60,624 nucleotides of DNA from Girardia tigrina (GCA_001938485.1 MQRK01169544.1:3653-64276), one strand, 5' to 3'. Shown: positions 38,701 to 52,184, counted from the stretch's first letter. The notes: generated from the letters alone by a model not told the origin. A program made the numbers and translations.

Positions 38701-41700
38701 TGTCGTGTTCAAATCCGTTTGCTGCCAGAGACTTTAATGTTGTGAATTGTTTTGATCGACTTAATTTATTTGTATGGAAACCCGCACTCATTAGGGTGAA
38801 AATTATCGATCGGCGTTTGGTTATTAACCAATTGGGGGCCGCATTCTTATGGGCCCAAATGCCGACAACTGCCCCCATCGGAAAAGAAATTTAAAGGAGT
38901 TTTCAATATTCATTTTGATTTCAATTTTTCCTTCTTTAAGGTAGGCTTTAATGAAAAAATATAAATTTCACTTAACGCACTTTTTGAGACGCCTTAATTT
39001 GAAGCCAAATATTATAAATATCTATATTGTGTCAAAGTAGAATCCTTTCTTAAAGTTAATTCAACCAATTCACTAGAATGTACAGAAGAAGACAAGAATT
39101 GCACCTTCTGTCAGATCAGTCGCAGTAAACAAAGTTTATTAAAGTCATTAATTTGTGCTTATAACAATGAATTCAACTTCGAATATCGAAAATGATATCA
39201 ACACCCCTAACACAAAATATTTTAAAATATTTCCTACATTAAAATATTACAGAAGAAATTTTACCGTAAAAAAATATGTTTTATAAATTAAAATATTAGA
39301 AAATTTCAAGGTTGAAAATATTTTAAATTAAAGTCTAAATGAGAATTTTATTGTAAAAACATCATCATAAAAATGAAAATTTGTTAAAATAAAATTTTAC
39401 AAGAATATAAAATGAAATGAAAACTTAGGTTAAGATTTTTTTATTAAAACAAAAATTTTATAATAATAAAAATGGAAGAATTTAGTTTATGATCTTAAAA
39501 AATACGTTTAACAATTAAAATAGAAACTCTATAATTTGAAGATTTCATGTATGAAGATTTTTAAAATGAATCAAAATGAAAGAATTTTAAGAAAACTTTT
39601 AAAGGATAAAAATTTAATAAAATAAATGTTGCAAAACTAATTTTTGAAATTTCCAAAAAAAATAAATAATAAATTAAGCATTCGTATTTATTATTTCTTA
39701 TCTTTATGTATAAATGGTTTGTACAAAAGAAAAAAGGACTGAAAGAAAAATTTTCGAAAAATATGTTAATGTTGTAACAATAAAATTTTGAATAATGTTG
39801 ATTCTTTTTTAAACTAAGATTCGAAAAATCATCTAGAACCTAACAGGGTATATTAAACAGAGTTACTTTTCCATTTAATACATAAAAAATACATTCATAA
39901 ATAAAATACAATTTTTTAAACATCATTTTTTCCAATTTTTACTTTTACTTTTACCGTAATGTAATTTTAGCTATGAACATTCAATATTTAAAATTAATGA
40001 TAAAATTTCTTTTCAAGGCACTGGTTCTTTTAATATACTAAGAGAACTTGATATGACAGTAATTCCAATGGATGTTTGCAATTCCTCTTTATTCTACAAC
40101 GGTGCCTTAGTGGACAGTATGCTATGTTCAGGAATCGTGGAAGGAATTCAAGGACCCTGTAATGGAGACAGTGGGGGTCCATTAATGTGTAAAAAATCTG
40201 GAACAGTAAATTGGAATTTAGTTGGAGTTGTTTCGTTTGCAAAAGCTTGTGCAAGTATGTATTTTTTCATACATGAATATAAATAAATATAAATTACATT
40301 ATATAGAGGGGCACAAGAAAACTCGGTTTTTTTATTTAAAAAAAGTAATAGTAATAAGTCCGAATTGTTACAAATATGCACCGGGATGTAAGATATTGCT
40401 TTAGAGATTATCATGTAGGCGGCCCATTTCTCGGCCTAACTTGTAACTGGTTTGCACAGCCAAGAACTCTTTTAGGAACATTTTCGCTTGTTCAACGGAA
40501 ATAATATTATTAATAAAAAATTTTTTTTATAAAAACAACCACGTTTTTCAAGCATTACCAATGCACTAAAAAGAGGAAAATAATTTTTTTTCTAGACATG
40601 TGCGAAATTTTATACCNNNNNNNNNNNNNNNNNNNNNNNNNNNNNNNNNNNNNNNNNNNNNNNNNNGGAAAATAATTTTTTTTCTAGACATGTGCGAAAT
40701 TTTATACCTAACCAAAAACGTGGGGCGGATTTCTGAATTACTGCTATTAGTAACTGCTATTTCCTCTTTACTGCTTTTTAGTAAATCGATTATTTCTATG
40801 CCCCACGTTTTTGGTTAGGTATAAAATTTCTCACATGTCTAGAAAAAAATTATTTTCCTATTTTTAGTGCATTGGTAATGCTTGAAAAACGTGGTTGTTT
40901 TTATAAAAAAATTTTTTTATCAATAATATTATTTAACTATTTTTAGTTATCATTTACGAATTTTTTTTTCAAAATTTTTTTTATCAAATTGTATTGTTAT
41001 CGGAAGCAAGCCTGTATACAAAAATTCAGCTTAATTGGATAACTGAAAGTGGTCGAAAAATCAATCGCAAGATTTGTTCCAGACAGACAAACAGACAAAC
41101 AGACAAGAAAGCAAGCTAATAAAAACGTGGTAAAAAACGTGGTAAAAAATATTCAAATTTACTTGTACCAGTAAATTATTAATTGCAACAGAAATGCAGT
41201 TATTAAAAAATGTGCTTATTTTGGCACTCCTTTATCTGAATTTGAAAAAGAATTTATTAATAAAAAATTAATGTTTGAGATCTTGGTATCAGCACAAAAT
41301 TCATCCTAATAAGAACTATTTATATATTCGAAATAATACAACAATCAATTTAAATCTCGTATTATATGTAGATTATTATATTCCTGTGAAATTCGACTAT
41401 TTATAACAATTTAATATTTTCAATTTATTTTCTGATTTGGAGAGATACATTTCAAAATTTACTCATAATTTTGTAAGAGCAAAAACAATAACAACACCAA
41501 AATATTTATTCAATGTAACTGCAAGATTTCATTCAAGTCAAATGGCGCGCATTTATGTTCATTTAAACAAAATTAATATCAACGATATTGCTACATTCCT
41601 CTTCAAATCTTTGATCCAACTCGTAGTCCCTCAAATACGCAGACGGCCGCCTACGCCGAGTTGATCGTCGCGATCCAGTTCCTTCATCTGACAACGTTGG

Positions 41701-44700
41701 ATAGATTTCGTCGACCGATAACTCTCCCTCCCGCAGCTCGTCGGAACTCGAATCATTCCTTCATCCATCCGACTCAATGGCATCCTTGATCGGTACGCTC
41801 ACTTTCCTTATATCTCTCACGTGTCGATTGATTCCGTCCACATCCACGCTAAAATTGGAATTCACGCCGGTTATTGTCCCTTTTTGCCACGCTTCAGAAC
41901 AGCGAACATTTGGAGGTTTCACTTTTACCCGCTCACCAACAGTGTAACTCACTTCGACGTCTCGTACATTCGGTGCAACCTCTCCCTGTCTTAACATCCT
42001 CCATCGGTACCAGAACAGCTCCACCTGCGGAGATGCCCTCTTTCCAGTTCGAGGGGCGACGTTATACCAATAAACGGCATCACGTGAATTTATGTCTGCT
42101 CTCGCCATTGTTCTCTTTACCGTCCGATGTACCCGTTCGACCACACCATTGCCGCTCGGCTTGTAAGCGCATCGGAAATGCAACTTTACTTTCGACTCTT
42201 TACACAGCTCCTGAAACGTCTCAGATCTGAAAGTGTTCCAATTGTCTGCTAAAACCACCTGTGGCGGCCCAAACTCAAAATATTTGACTGAAATACCTTT
42301 ATAGCTCTTCTGATAATTCCCCGTTCACCTCTCTCCAGATGGAATAACGCGAGCAACAGTCTAGGATTGTCAAGAAGAGCTTCCTATTGTGATGCGTGAA
42401 ATCCGTCGCCAAGGTATTCCACACCTCGTCATTTGTTAACTTCCCTTCTCGATCTGAACGGAATGCGAGTCTATCGAATTACATTCGTCACAATTCTGAA
42501 TTACCCTTTTTATATCGCCTTTATTCACGTGGAATCCTTGTCGAATTAAAATGTTGTGCTTCTCTCAACTCCGAAATGATGTTTTGAATGCTCACGACGG
42601 ATATCTGTGTCAGTGAGCTTCGTATCATTTGCCATAATTACAATCTCTCTATGACTCCGGTCTAACCACGAACTTCTTATCCGTTTTAAAGCGTCAGCTC
42701 TGTTCAATTCCGAGGGTGTCCAAATGGGTTTCAATTTCACGTTATAACTTTCCAAATTCTCCATGATGGTCATTAATCTCCTTCTAACTAACATCTCATT
42801 CATTCAGGTTACTTTGATCTTCTTTTCTCTGTGCAGAACCTCACTCAACCAGCCAAAGATAGATGCAGAGTCAGTAACGATATTCAATTCACACACTCCC
42901 CATTTTAATGCCAAATTTATTACCCTCACGACCGCCTCGAGTTCAGTAACATTGATGTGTGCACATTCAACCTCGCGTCGTAACCAACAGCCGTCCTGTA
43001 CAATGTTTCTTGCAATCTCCAATACGCATCCTATTGCAATTTTACTCGCATCACACCATACTTTGCCAGATTTCTCACTTCTCGGGACGTGCCAGACACC
43101 GTTTACTGGATCATCATTCCTCACTCGTTGAATTGTATCTTCCAACATTGTTCGTATATCTTCAGATACTGATTCTTGCCAACGATATCGATTGCATTTT
43201 CTTTTTATGAAATTTGCAGATACCCTCAACTATCCTGCGATTGGATAATGACTAATTAACTGTCCACACAACGAAAATACACCCTTTTTCGTTAAACGAC
43301 CGACAATTTCCGGAACGGTGCTTCCTCTGGTCCACATGACTGTTCCATCTTTCTCATAAATTTGTAGACTTAACAACTTCGATCCGATGAAATCCGATGT
43401 TTCTTTGCACTCCAAACTGAAACACTTTAGATGCTCAACAACTTCTTCTACCGAAACAGTTGAAGTTGATGGCGACAAAATAACAGCACTGATAAAATCT
43501 AATCCACATATGACGACAAGAGAAGATATGACGTTGCAGAGACTCTGGAAATATCAAAATCAAGTGTTGGAAGTCATTTAAAGAAACTTGGATTCGTCAG
43601 TAAACTCGATATGTGGTTACCACATGAACTGAAAGAAATTCATTTTGTGAAACGTATAGACATTTGCGATTCCCTTTTGAACCGAGAACAAAGTGATCAT
43701 TTTTGAAGCGCTTGATTACGGGTGACGAAAAGTGGATTGTTTACAACAATGTGGAACGTCGACGATCATGGGAAAAACATAGTTGGCCTGCCAAAACGAT
43801 CCCAAAAGCAGAAATTCGCCAAAGGAAGGTTATGCTTTCCGTCTGGTGGGATTTTAAAGGAATTGTGCTTTTTGAACTCCTTCCGAGGAATGAAACCATC
43901 AATTCAGACAGATATTGTGGTCATCTGGAGAAATTGGCTCATTCAATTCAACAGGAACGTCCTGAATTGGCAAATCGAAAAGGAATTGTAATTTAGAATG
44001 ATAACGCAAGACCGCATACAAGTTTGACCACCCGCCAGAAACTCTTATCACTGGGTTGGGAGGTTTTGCCGCACACACCGTATTCTCCAGACTTGGCCCC
44101 ATCGGATTTTCACTTATTTAGATCACTGCAGAATTCCTTAAACAGAAAAACATTCGCCAGTGATGATGACATCAAATCGTTCCTAGACGGCTTTTTTGCT
44201 GAAAAAGGCAAAGGTTTTTATGAATCAGGAATAATGAAGCTACCGGAAAGGTGGAAGAGAGTGATTAAAAATAATGGACAGTATATCGTGTAAAAATATT
44301 TGTGCATCCATGTCATCTTTTGATAATAAATATTTTAGTAAAAAACGCAATGACTTTTTGGCCAACCCAATATATAAATAAAATGACCATGACAAAATCT
44401 TCAAAAATTAAATATTATATTATCAATATTTGTAGCAGAGTATTTGAACTTGAAAATCCCGTTCTTCTACATTCTTTTAACAATTTAAATTATGACCAGC
44501 TATATTACTCCCATTATCCAATCAGATTTACACTTTAACCCGTTTTTAGAGATGACCGAATGTCTCTCATGTGTATGTGATTTTATAACCATTGCAAATA
44601 TATTTATAAACAAGGTTGAAGCACAGATAGTGTCACGAATTTTATAATATTGACAACAATTTAAATACTATAAAATATATTTTTTATCATTAAACTAATT

Positions 44701-46908
44701 AACAAAACACATTGGTTTCAACATTTTAGTACCTTTAGGGTAATTAAATATAGTTAATAATTAGTAATTAATTATTAATTACTATTAGCTTTGTTAAAAA
44801 AGCTATTATATCATGCGTCTTAAAAAAAATTTATGTAATTGAATGAAGTACCATGCAATTTTATGAGTGGTTTATGATGCTTTATTAAAAAATTTTTCAT
44901 AATTATTATCAAAATTATTTAAAACAATTTTAAAATTCTTTTCATGACTATCACAATGTCTACTGTGATATTTTTTTACGATGATCACTTCCTATATACA
45001 CAAATATGTCTACAAATTTGTAAAATGATTTTACAACCACTTTCGGTCGTCCAAAATAGACAAACATATTTCGGTTGAGATGAAAAACTTGAAAAAGTTG
45101 TTTCCTTGTTCGACTTATTTTTTTCATTCCTTTCATTATCGCTGTACTGGAAATGGACAAAATATTCTAAAATAATATAGAAATGTTACTTCTTTGAGTA
45201 TTCCTTTTAAATCTGCCGAAAGAATTTTAGTCAGCGTGTACTTTTCCGTTTTCAGTTTAGTTAGCAAATTCCTTAATTGAATTAATAATATACTTTTTTC
45301 TTTTTAATTTTAGCTCATGCAAAATTTCTAAAATTCTCATAGGCTTAATTCTAAATTCCACCAGCACATTTATAATATTTTTGAAAGAATTTCCATCATG
45401 ACTGTGTTTTGTTCTGTCTCAAAAGAAGATCACCTCAACACTGGTAGAATCCTATAAGAGATAAAAAATAGCATTGCATTTCTTATCCTTAAACTTACCC
45501 AAATGAAATCTATAAAACACTTTCTCTCCTCTTTTCTGTTTTATTTTTATTGGAACAGCTCCATATTTTTTCGTCCTTAATTTTACTTAGTGCTTCTACT
45601 CATGTTTTAAAAGAGAATCTTCATCCCATTTGCGATACCTCTTAATCTTCTTTTTCTTAGTCAGTACATTATATTGAACATTCATTTCGGAATCAGTTGA
45701 TGACTGATTTAAGGTATTTATGTTAAGTTGCAGGCCATTTTCGGTTTTCCTTATTATCATTTTTCGCCGAAAATAAGACATGGCATAGATTAATTTTCAC
45801 TTCAAAATAGGACAACAGTGCTTATTTTCGGTGATGTCTTATTTTTCTATATAATAAAAAAATTGAAGTTACAAATCACAAATTATAAGACATCTAAATA
45901 GATAGAAAGTACGAAAAAAAACATTTAGAAACTCATTAATAGGAATTTATTCAAAAACAATCATGTCATCATCCTCTGGAATGTCTTATAAATCATCTGT
46001 TTTTAAAATTCCTGCTAAGTTTTCACTTAACTCAATTTCTTGTAGAATTTTGGCAACTACTCTCTCATGTTGAGCAATGGAGATTTCATGGAATGAGAAT
46101 TTTTGTAATCTGCTCGTAACGCGTTGGCAATAAAATTTTCTGAAATTTTATGCGATGAGTTTGTCACCGTATTGTAACCCGGCTTTCACAAAGTTTTCAA
46201 GCTCATTTCTCACTTTTCTATTTTCAATGTAATCATTAATTTCCATAGGTAAGCAGTGTTTGAATATCTTATTTATTGCAATATCAAGAGTCTGAAGATA
46301 AGCCATCATTCCTACAGGAATATACTTTTCTTTCTGCAAGAAAATTCTTTATATGTTTTGCACGATGTGTACTGGTTGAATCCCAAACTAGCTGAATTAA
46401 ATAGATACATTTCCTTAAAACTGTCTGTGCACACTATGCATTTTCATTTTCTTAGACATAGATGCCTGAAACGCGTTCAATTCTTTCTTTCTTACCTTTA
46501 GCTTTACTTCCATCGAGACGAACTGCTAAAATACACGTGATTCGTGCACTTTCATAACCTGTGGAGGAAATGTAAAATGATGATTTTCCCTTTTGATCAA
46601 TTGTCGATTGAGATCCTTGACCCATGAACACAGCAGTTTCATACATAGCTATCATGTTTAAGAAACTGTATTGGTAAAGTGTAATCATTTTCATGCAAAA
46701 TAGAATATCATTTTAATGATAAAGGAATGAATTTCATTATGGAGAAAAAACGAAATTATAATAATTATAATTTTATTTCCAAAATAATTTTATTTTATTT
46801 TGAAAATAAAATATTATATTTCCTTTTTATTTTTTAGTTAGAAGAAAGCCAACAGTCTTTACTGATATCCTATCTCATAAGAACTGGATTTTGTCTTCAA
46901 TGAACTAA
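32571..46908 (+). CDS. Secreted CUB-domain S1 serine protease (complete, 6 exons)
   Basis: Exons 32571-32622 (signal peptide), 32743-32914, 32950 or 32962-33354 (CUB end, RR-IIGG, AAHC), 33456-33718 (DIAL), 40018-40254 (GDSGGP) and 46838-46908 (PTVFTDI...WI-stop). Phases match. Confidence 0.92.
34854..35357 (-). pseudogene. Duplicated Cys-rich gene relic with a 62-bp captured insert
   Basis: ttcttag|FEYINKNYINQRKMTSENCCEESVCVVNKCLHSNCDVV. Copy of 25272-25724. Confidence 0.55.
36330..37300 (-). mobile_element. Degenerate mariner
   Basis: ITYDKNYMHYNNPDKQKQWL and DRFSRKTFLCIW motifs; HTH-linker GRP. Confidence 0.7.
40503..40930. mobile_element. Foldback MITE with ~135-bp arms (gap inside)
   Basis: aaaaacaaccacgtttttcaagcattacc... 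mirrored at ...ggtaatgcttgaaaaacgtggttgttttt. Confidence 0.85.
40935..41148 (+). mobile_element. DINE-1/Helentron-associated-like element end
   Basis: aaattcagcttaattggata, then a (GACA)-type microsatellite, then aagctaataaaaacgtggtaa. Confidence 0.5.
41470..43455 (-). mobile_element. Ty3/Gypsy-type pol remnant (RNase H, integrase) with possible LTR
   Basis: WCDASK..HINVTELEAV..VTDS..NRAD; HSKHHFGVER; LADN...CAYKPSGNGVVERVHRTVK; PPT-like gggagggagag near 41725. Confidence 0.88.
43456..44370 (+). mobile_element. 5'-truncated mariner (D,D34D)
   Basis: WLPHEL, TGDEKW, DNARPH and PYSPDLAPSDFHLF motifs; right TIR ...tgactttttggccaacccaa-TA. Confidence 0.95.
45760..46700 (-). mobile_element. pogo/Tc2-type DDE transposase remnant
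   Basis: AMYETAVF, STGYESARITCILAVRLDGSK and YLQTLDIAINKIFK motifs; TIR-like ccgaaaataagac. Confidence 0.75.
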
Positions 46909-47566
46909 CCTTATACGACTAAATCATTGAAATAAATATTTGAATACAGAATTGTCTTATATTTCAAAAATTATTTTAGAAACTTTAAAACTTGCATATA
47001 TCTCAATTATGTATAATTTTAATATAAATAAAAAATTAGATATTTATTTGTAAATAAGTAAATTAAATTAGCATTGTCTGAAAAGCTTCATTCAAATAAA
47101 AAGTACAATGACATCCCCTATGCAAGGCATTTATGTGAATGAAATCTTACCTAATTCCTTTACTCCAAAATCTAACATTTATTTTACATTTTCATGAATA
47201 TTAAACTGTTTTATTAAAAAGAAACAACACTTATTCGTGTCATCTTAAAGCATAGCAAAATTGCATACCTCATAAAACAATATTCCTTATTAAGATAAAA
47301 CTAAACGATAAAATCGCAACAGTAAAATCTCATATTGCTAAACGTTTAAATGCAATCGTTAAAAAGATGTTTAAGGGCAAAGAAAAATTATCCTACTTTA
47401 TATTATATAAAATTTGAAAATCTACTCTGAATTTTGATTCCATTCCATAATTCAAGTAATCTAACGCCTGTTGGATACCTAAACATGTTTTTATAGCCAA
47501 GTGGTCATATGCGGCCTAATATCACCCAAATATCGACAATAAAGTGTAGAAGTTTTCATTAGTAAA

Positions 47567-50500
47567 CTTTCAGATACAATGCTGCCCGCCTCCTCGTGGT
47601 GTTTCCTGGGAACTAGGGAGAGGGGTTTCTAGAAATTGATTGGGGAGGTTTCTTTGATCTATGTTAAATTAGTAAGCGGATTGATGGTGCTAGCAACTCT
47701 GTCTTTCGATATTCCGAAGTCATTAAGCTCCCGAGAGGGGAATCCTTCGTTAAGGATTCCACTTGCAGTGGACTAAGGATTAGAACATGGAACGTAAGAG
47801 GCTTAACCGACGAAAAAATACGGAACATCATAAGTATCTTTGACAAACTTAAAGTTTATTTGTGCATCCTAACCGAGACGCACTGGATTGGAAACGATAT
47901 TGCCTCCATAGGGGAATGGAGAATTCCTCATAGTGACAGTACAAGTGGGAAACGTGAGAGAGGTGTTGCCCTGATGGTACGATCAGGTGATTTGAAGAAA
48001 GTGGAATTTGAAGCGGTCAGTTAAAGACTATTCCTGTGCCATATACTCCAAAGGTCACTATCATTGGTAGGGGTATATGCACCAACGGATAGTGGATATT
48101 CAAGTTAGGAGAAAGAGGAGTTCTTCGTATCGTTACAAGAACAAGTGGAGAAGGCGACTGTTGAAGCTGAGCGCAGAAAATACGAACTGTTAGTTGGAGG
48201 TGACTTTAACTGCAGACTTAATCGGACGGAAAAGAACAGAGGAAGTATCAGGTGATACACTAGTTTGGAGAATGGTGATCATGTTATTAATCTCACAGAG
48301 GCATGTAATTTGCGAGTATAGAACATCTTCTGCAAGCACAAACTGGCGCAGAGAACTAGTTGGACACACCCAGCAACGAAGCAGCGCTTATTACTGGACC
48401 TGTTTTTAATACAAAAGAGCCGCTGCAACAGGATATCGAATGTCAAGAGTTATTAAAACTTTGACTGTGGATCTGATCACGACTTAGTCGTATTAACCTT
48501 ATGGGTTAAATTGATGGCAAGAAGAAAAGAAAGGGATTCACGATCATCTAGATGAACTGAAGACGTTGTTTCAGGAGAAAAGGAAATGAAGGAAGGAGTT
48601 CATCCAGAATAGATGCAAACAAACGTGTGCCAAATGGAAAGCTTCGCAACTGAATACATTACGCCAGCTGAGAATATGAAAGAGAAAAAGGATATAGATC
48701 ATCGGACAGGAGATTGAAGGCGTGCTGAACAGAGAGTGCATATGGAAAACCTCTAAATTATACACGGAACTCAGAGCCCTATGCAATAGCGAAACAAAAG
48801 AATCAACTCTCTGCACAATACAGAGTAGTTTGGCAGACGAAGTATTAGCAGAGCATTTCTCGAATCTATTCAAGAAGACTGAATCAAAGACAGATCTTGG
48901 ATATTGACAATTTACCGGACATGGAAGAAGTGGGTGCCGCAATAAATCAACTCAAGAACAGCACAGCTACTGGGAACAATGGTATCATCCCAGAGATATA
49001 CAAGTTGGGCGGTCAATAGTTAACTCTCAAGATCCAGCAATGTTTTGAGCAATTTTGGGAGGGAAGAGCAGACTTCCCGGAGGTATGGAAAACAGCGAAA
49101 GTTGTTATCCTATAAAGGGAAAGGTTCAAATAAGGATTTGAACAATTACAGAGGAATCTTTCTACTCGATGTTGGAGGTAAGATAATGACACGAATATTT
49201 GCAAACAGAATAATGTCACACCTTGAGAGGATACTGGACGACTGGCAATTTGGGTTCAGGCCTAAAAGAGGAACAGCGCATGTGATTGGCATTATCAGAA
49301 AAGTGTAAGAACAGGTAAGATACCTCAATATCAACGTGTATGCAATATCTATCGACCTTGAAAAGGTATTCTACAGCGTGCCCAGGAAAGTTCTCAGTGA
49401 CTACCTTCAAGGAATGGGAGTACATGGTCACATATTAAGCATGATAATGGATCTTCATGAAGGCTTTACAGGAAGTATTGGTAAGAGCATTTTAACAAGG
49501 AAGAAAGGGGTCCGAATAGGTTGCGTACTCGGTCACTTACTATTAAACCTAGTATTCGACTGTGCAATCAAAACTGCTATCCAAGAAGGACTAAATGGAT
49601 GCGTTAAGATCAAATGTAAAGACGGAGAAACACTAACTGTAAACAGGCTGGCATATGCTTACGACCTGTGTTTACTTGACAAGGATTACGAAACATAGAG
49701 AAAAACCTATCATACCTAAATACTGTGTTTCTCAGAATGGGGCTGAAGATCCACATTGTGAAGACGAATATCCTTAATCTCAATGGAGCCAGATATGTAA
49801 CGGCAGGGAGCCAACTGAGTGCCTGCGTAGAATGGGTGGACGAGTTCTGCTACTTTGGTTCGATTATCGAGAAGGAAGGAGGATTCGGAGCAGATATCAA
49901 AGCCAGAATCAAGAAAGGAACGATAAAGGTGAAAACGATCAGACCAGTATTGAAGAACAACAAGTTGTCCCTCCGAAACAAAAAGAACATCATCACAAGT
50001 TGTGTATTCCCTGTGGTATACTACAGCTAAGAAAACTGGAGGACAAAAGTAGAGCACGCGAAGAAGCTTAAAGCATTTCACAATTTGTGTACCAGAAGAA
50101 CGCTGGGAATATCGAAGGCAAAAAGGATTAGAATGGACGAGTTATCCATTGGACTACCGAATCGAATGGATATACTATCAAGAATAAGAATTATTCACAA
50201 TGTAAAGATCGAGATAAATGAATGTCCAGGAGTGGTACAGCAAATCTACGAATGCAAAATTATCGGAGGAAAGAAGATAAGCGGACGACGGAAGCAACAT
50301 CTGGATGAATGTCTCAAGGTAGACATGCACTGACTCTTCGGAGACCAGTATAGCATTAATGATTTTTGTAGAGACATTCAGCAGGTGAGCCTACTAACAA
50401 CAGAGGCAAAAATAGAGAAAGTTAAAGAAAGTTGAGAGAAGAGGAGATGAGAACACTTTGCGATTAATTCTCCCACGACTCAAAGAACACAGCTGCCCGA

Positions 50501-51121
50501 TGGAAGACTGCTATCGTCAAGGCGCGGAGATCAAAGAATTGAACAGACATCTCCGGCGAGATCATATCGGAGCAGAGCCAATACCGAGAAAACAGAGACA
50601 GAAGACAGCCCAACTACGTTAGAAGAAAGGAGTATACAAGTGCCTTCACTGCCCGAAAGAATACAACTGCGCAGGATGGCTGAAGATCCACTTACAAAAG
50701 AATCACCGAGAAGAACCAGAGCAATCCAACACCCAGAGAGACGACAACTTGGTAAGAGAGGCAGAGGAAGAGCCGATAACAATCCAATCGAACCCTTAGT
50801 TTATGGACGCAACTTTGGGTATGTTGGGGACCCAGAATGAACAAGACGCTGGAGAAACACACAGAGAATACCGATTACCCGACATAAAGGCAAAAGGAAA
50901 ATTTCAAAGTCCATTTCGCGGTTGCTACACGTCCACCATAACAGCTAAAGGCATGTATGGCCATGGTACCAAGGTCCATGGTGGGTCATTCGTCACTGGA
51001 AAGGCGACTGCTCAGATGCGGAAAGCCACTGACCTCGTAGGGGGGCTCTTAAGGACTTAAGTTTGGGTGGACCATCTAAAGAGCATTAGGCTCAATACTA
51101 TTGAAAGAGATGGGAGGCCTA
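47567..51121 (+). mobile_element. Near full-length RTE-like LINE (APE + RT + C-terminal zinc fingers), decayed, 10-bp TSD
   Basis: TWNVRGL, LTETHW, GGDF, GSDH; NYRGI, QFGFRPKRGT, IDLEK, GVRIGC, LAYAYDL. TSD cattagtaaa at 47557-47566 and 51122-51131. Confidence 0.92.
47571..47700 (+). ncRNA. Degenerate HDV-like ribozyme in the LINE 5' end
   Basis: cagatac-aa-tgctgccc-GCC-TCCTCGT-GGT-gtttcct-GG has HDV P1/P2/P3/L3/P1.1 spacing. P1 and P2 pairing are imperfect. Confidence 0.5.
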
Positions 51122-52184
51122 CATTAGTAAAATTTACTAATATTATTAACACTAGAATTACGGATGAGTCATTTTGACTGATTTTAATTTCTTAAACTCA
51201 ATTACTTTACTTGCACATAGCAATTCATTGAAGAATTGTGTAACAATTATTATTTTATGGCATTGTATAATTTATCAATGTATCACTTCTTATGTCTTCC
51301 TGGTATCAGGTGACAAGTCAGACTACCTCTGACTACGGCTGAGTCATTTTTGACTCACCACCTAGAAAGACTGCAGCCCACCTGTAAATGACCAAATGAC
51401 TGATTAAGAATTGTACTTTGTACTAGATGTGGTTACCTATTTATGATTGTTTTCGAAAAAAGCTTATTATAATAGTCGGCACTGCATCATTTTATCAAAT
51501 GAGGTAAACGAATGAACGACATTTTCTTGGATTTTTACTATTTCGACAAACTTTGTAGCCCACATGCCGTGTTGTTAAGTCCTGTTTCTGATTTGTACTA
51601 CTGTTGAGAATTTTACCTGCGTGTTTTATTCTATAATCATTATGTCATCTTGGTAGTTAATATTTGTCATCACTCCTCGATCTCCAGTTTGTCAGTCTGC
51701 CAAACAGGCTTTACTAAAGTGGTGCAATATTAGTTTAGATGATTCTGGGCGAATGATCTTTGTGACTCTTCAATTAATACTTGCAAGGATTCCAAATAGT
51801 AAAAGTTCATGTTCTTCAAATAATCAAGACTCTCCCTGTAGTGTTCACTAAATCGTTTCAGCAGCAGCAACCAATTAAGAGTTTTTCCATGTGATATTTA
51901 AATTTTTTTTAATTTTTAATTATCAAAAATGTCTTAATTGGATTTGCGACCCTTGAAATTTTTGAGCTGAGAAAAATCCAGACGTTCATTCAAAAAATTT
52001 TTAATTCAATGAAAAATTTAAAAATTGATTAGAAATTATCGAAAACTGTGAATATTTTAATTTGGTGCTGTTTAAATAATTAACTTTGTACGAAAATTTG
52101 AAGCATAAAATAAATTAACTGCTATCTTTGAGTAAATAAAGAATGTCAGAGAATAAATGCTCGAAAAAACGCAAAGAAAAACAA

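Noticed and set aside
40307-40404. Candidate last exon of the protease after a 52-nt intron
   Set aside because: Lacks the P-x-V-[YF]-T...W-I motif; 46838-46908 fits both motif and phase.
44960-45781. Nested antisense gene with a 47-nt GT-AG intron
   Set aside because: The downstream frame has several stops and the peptide resembles a pipsqueak-type HTH of pogo elements; cannot separate gene from TE relic.
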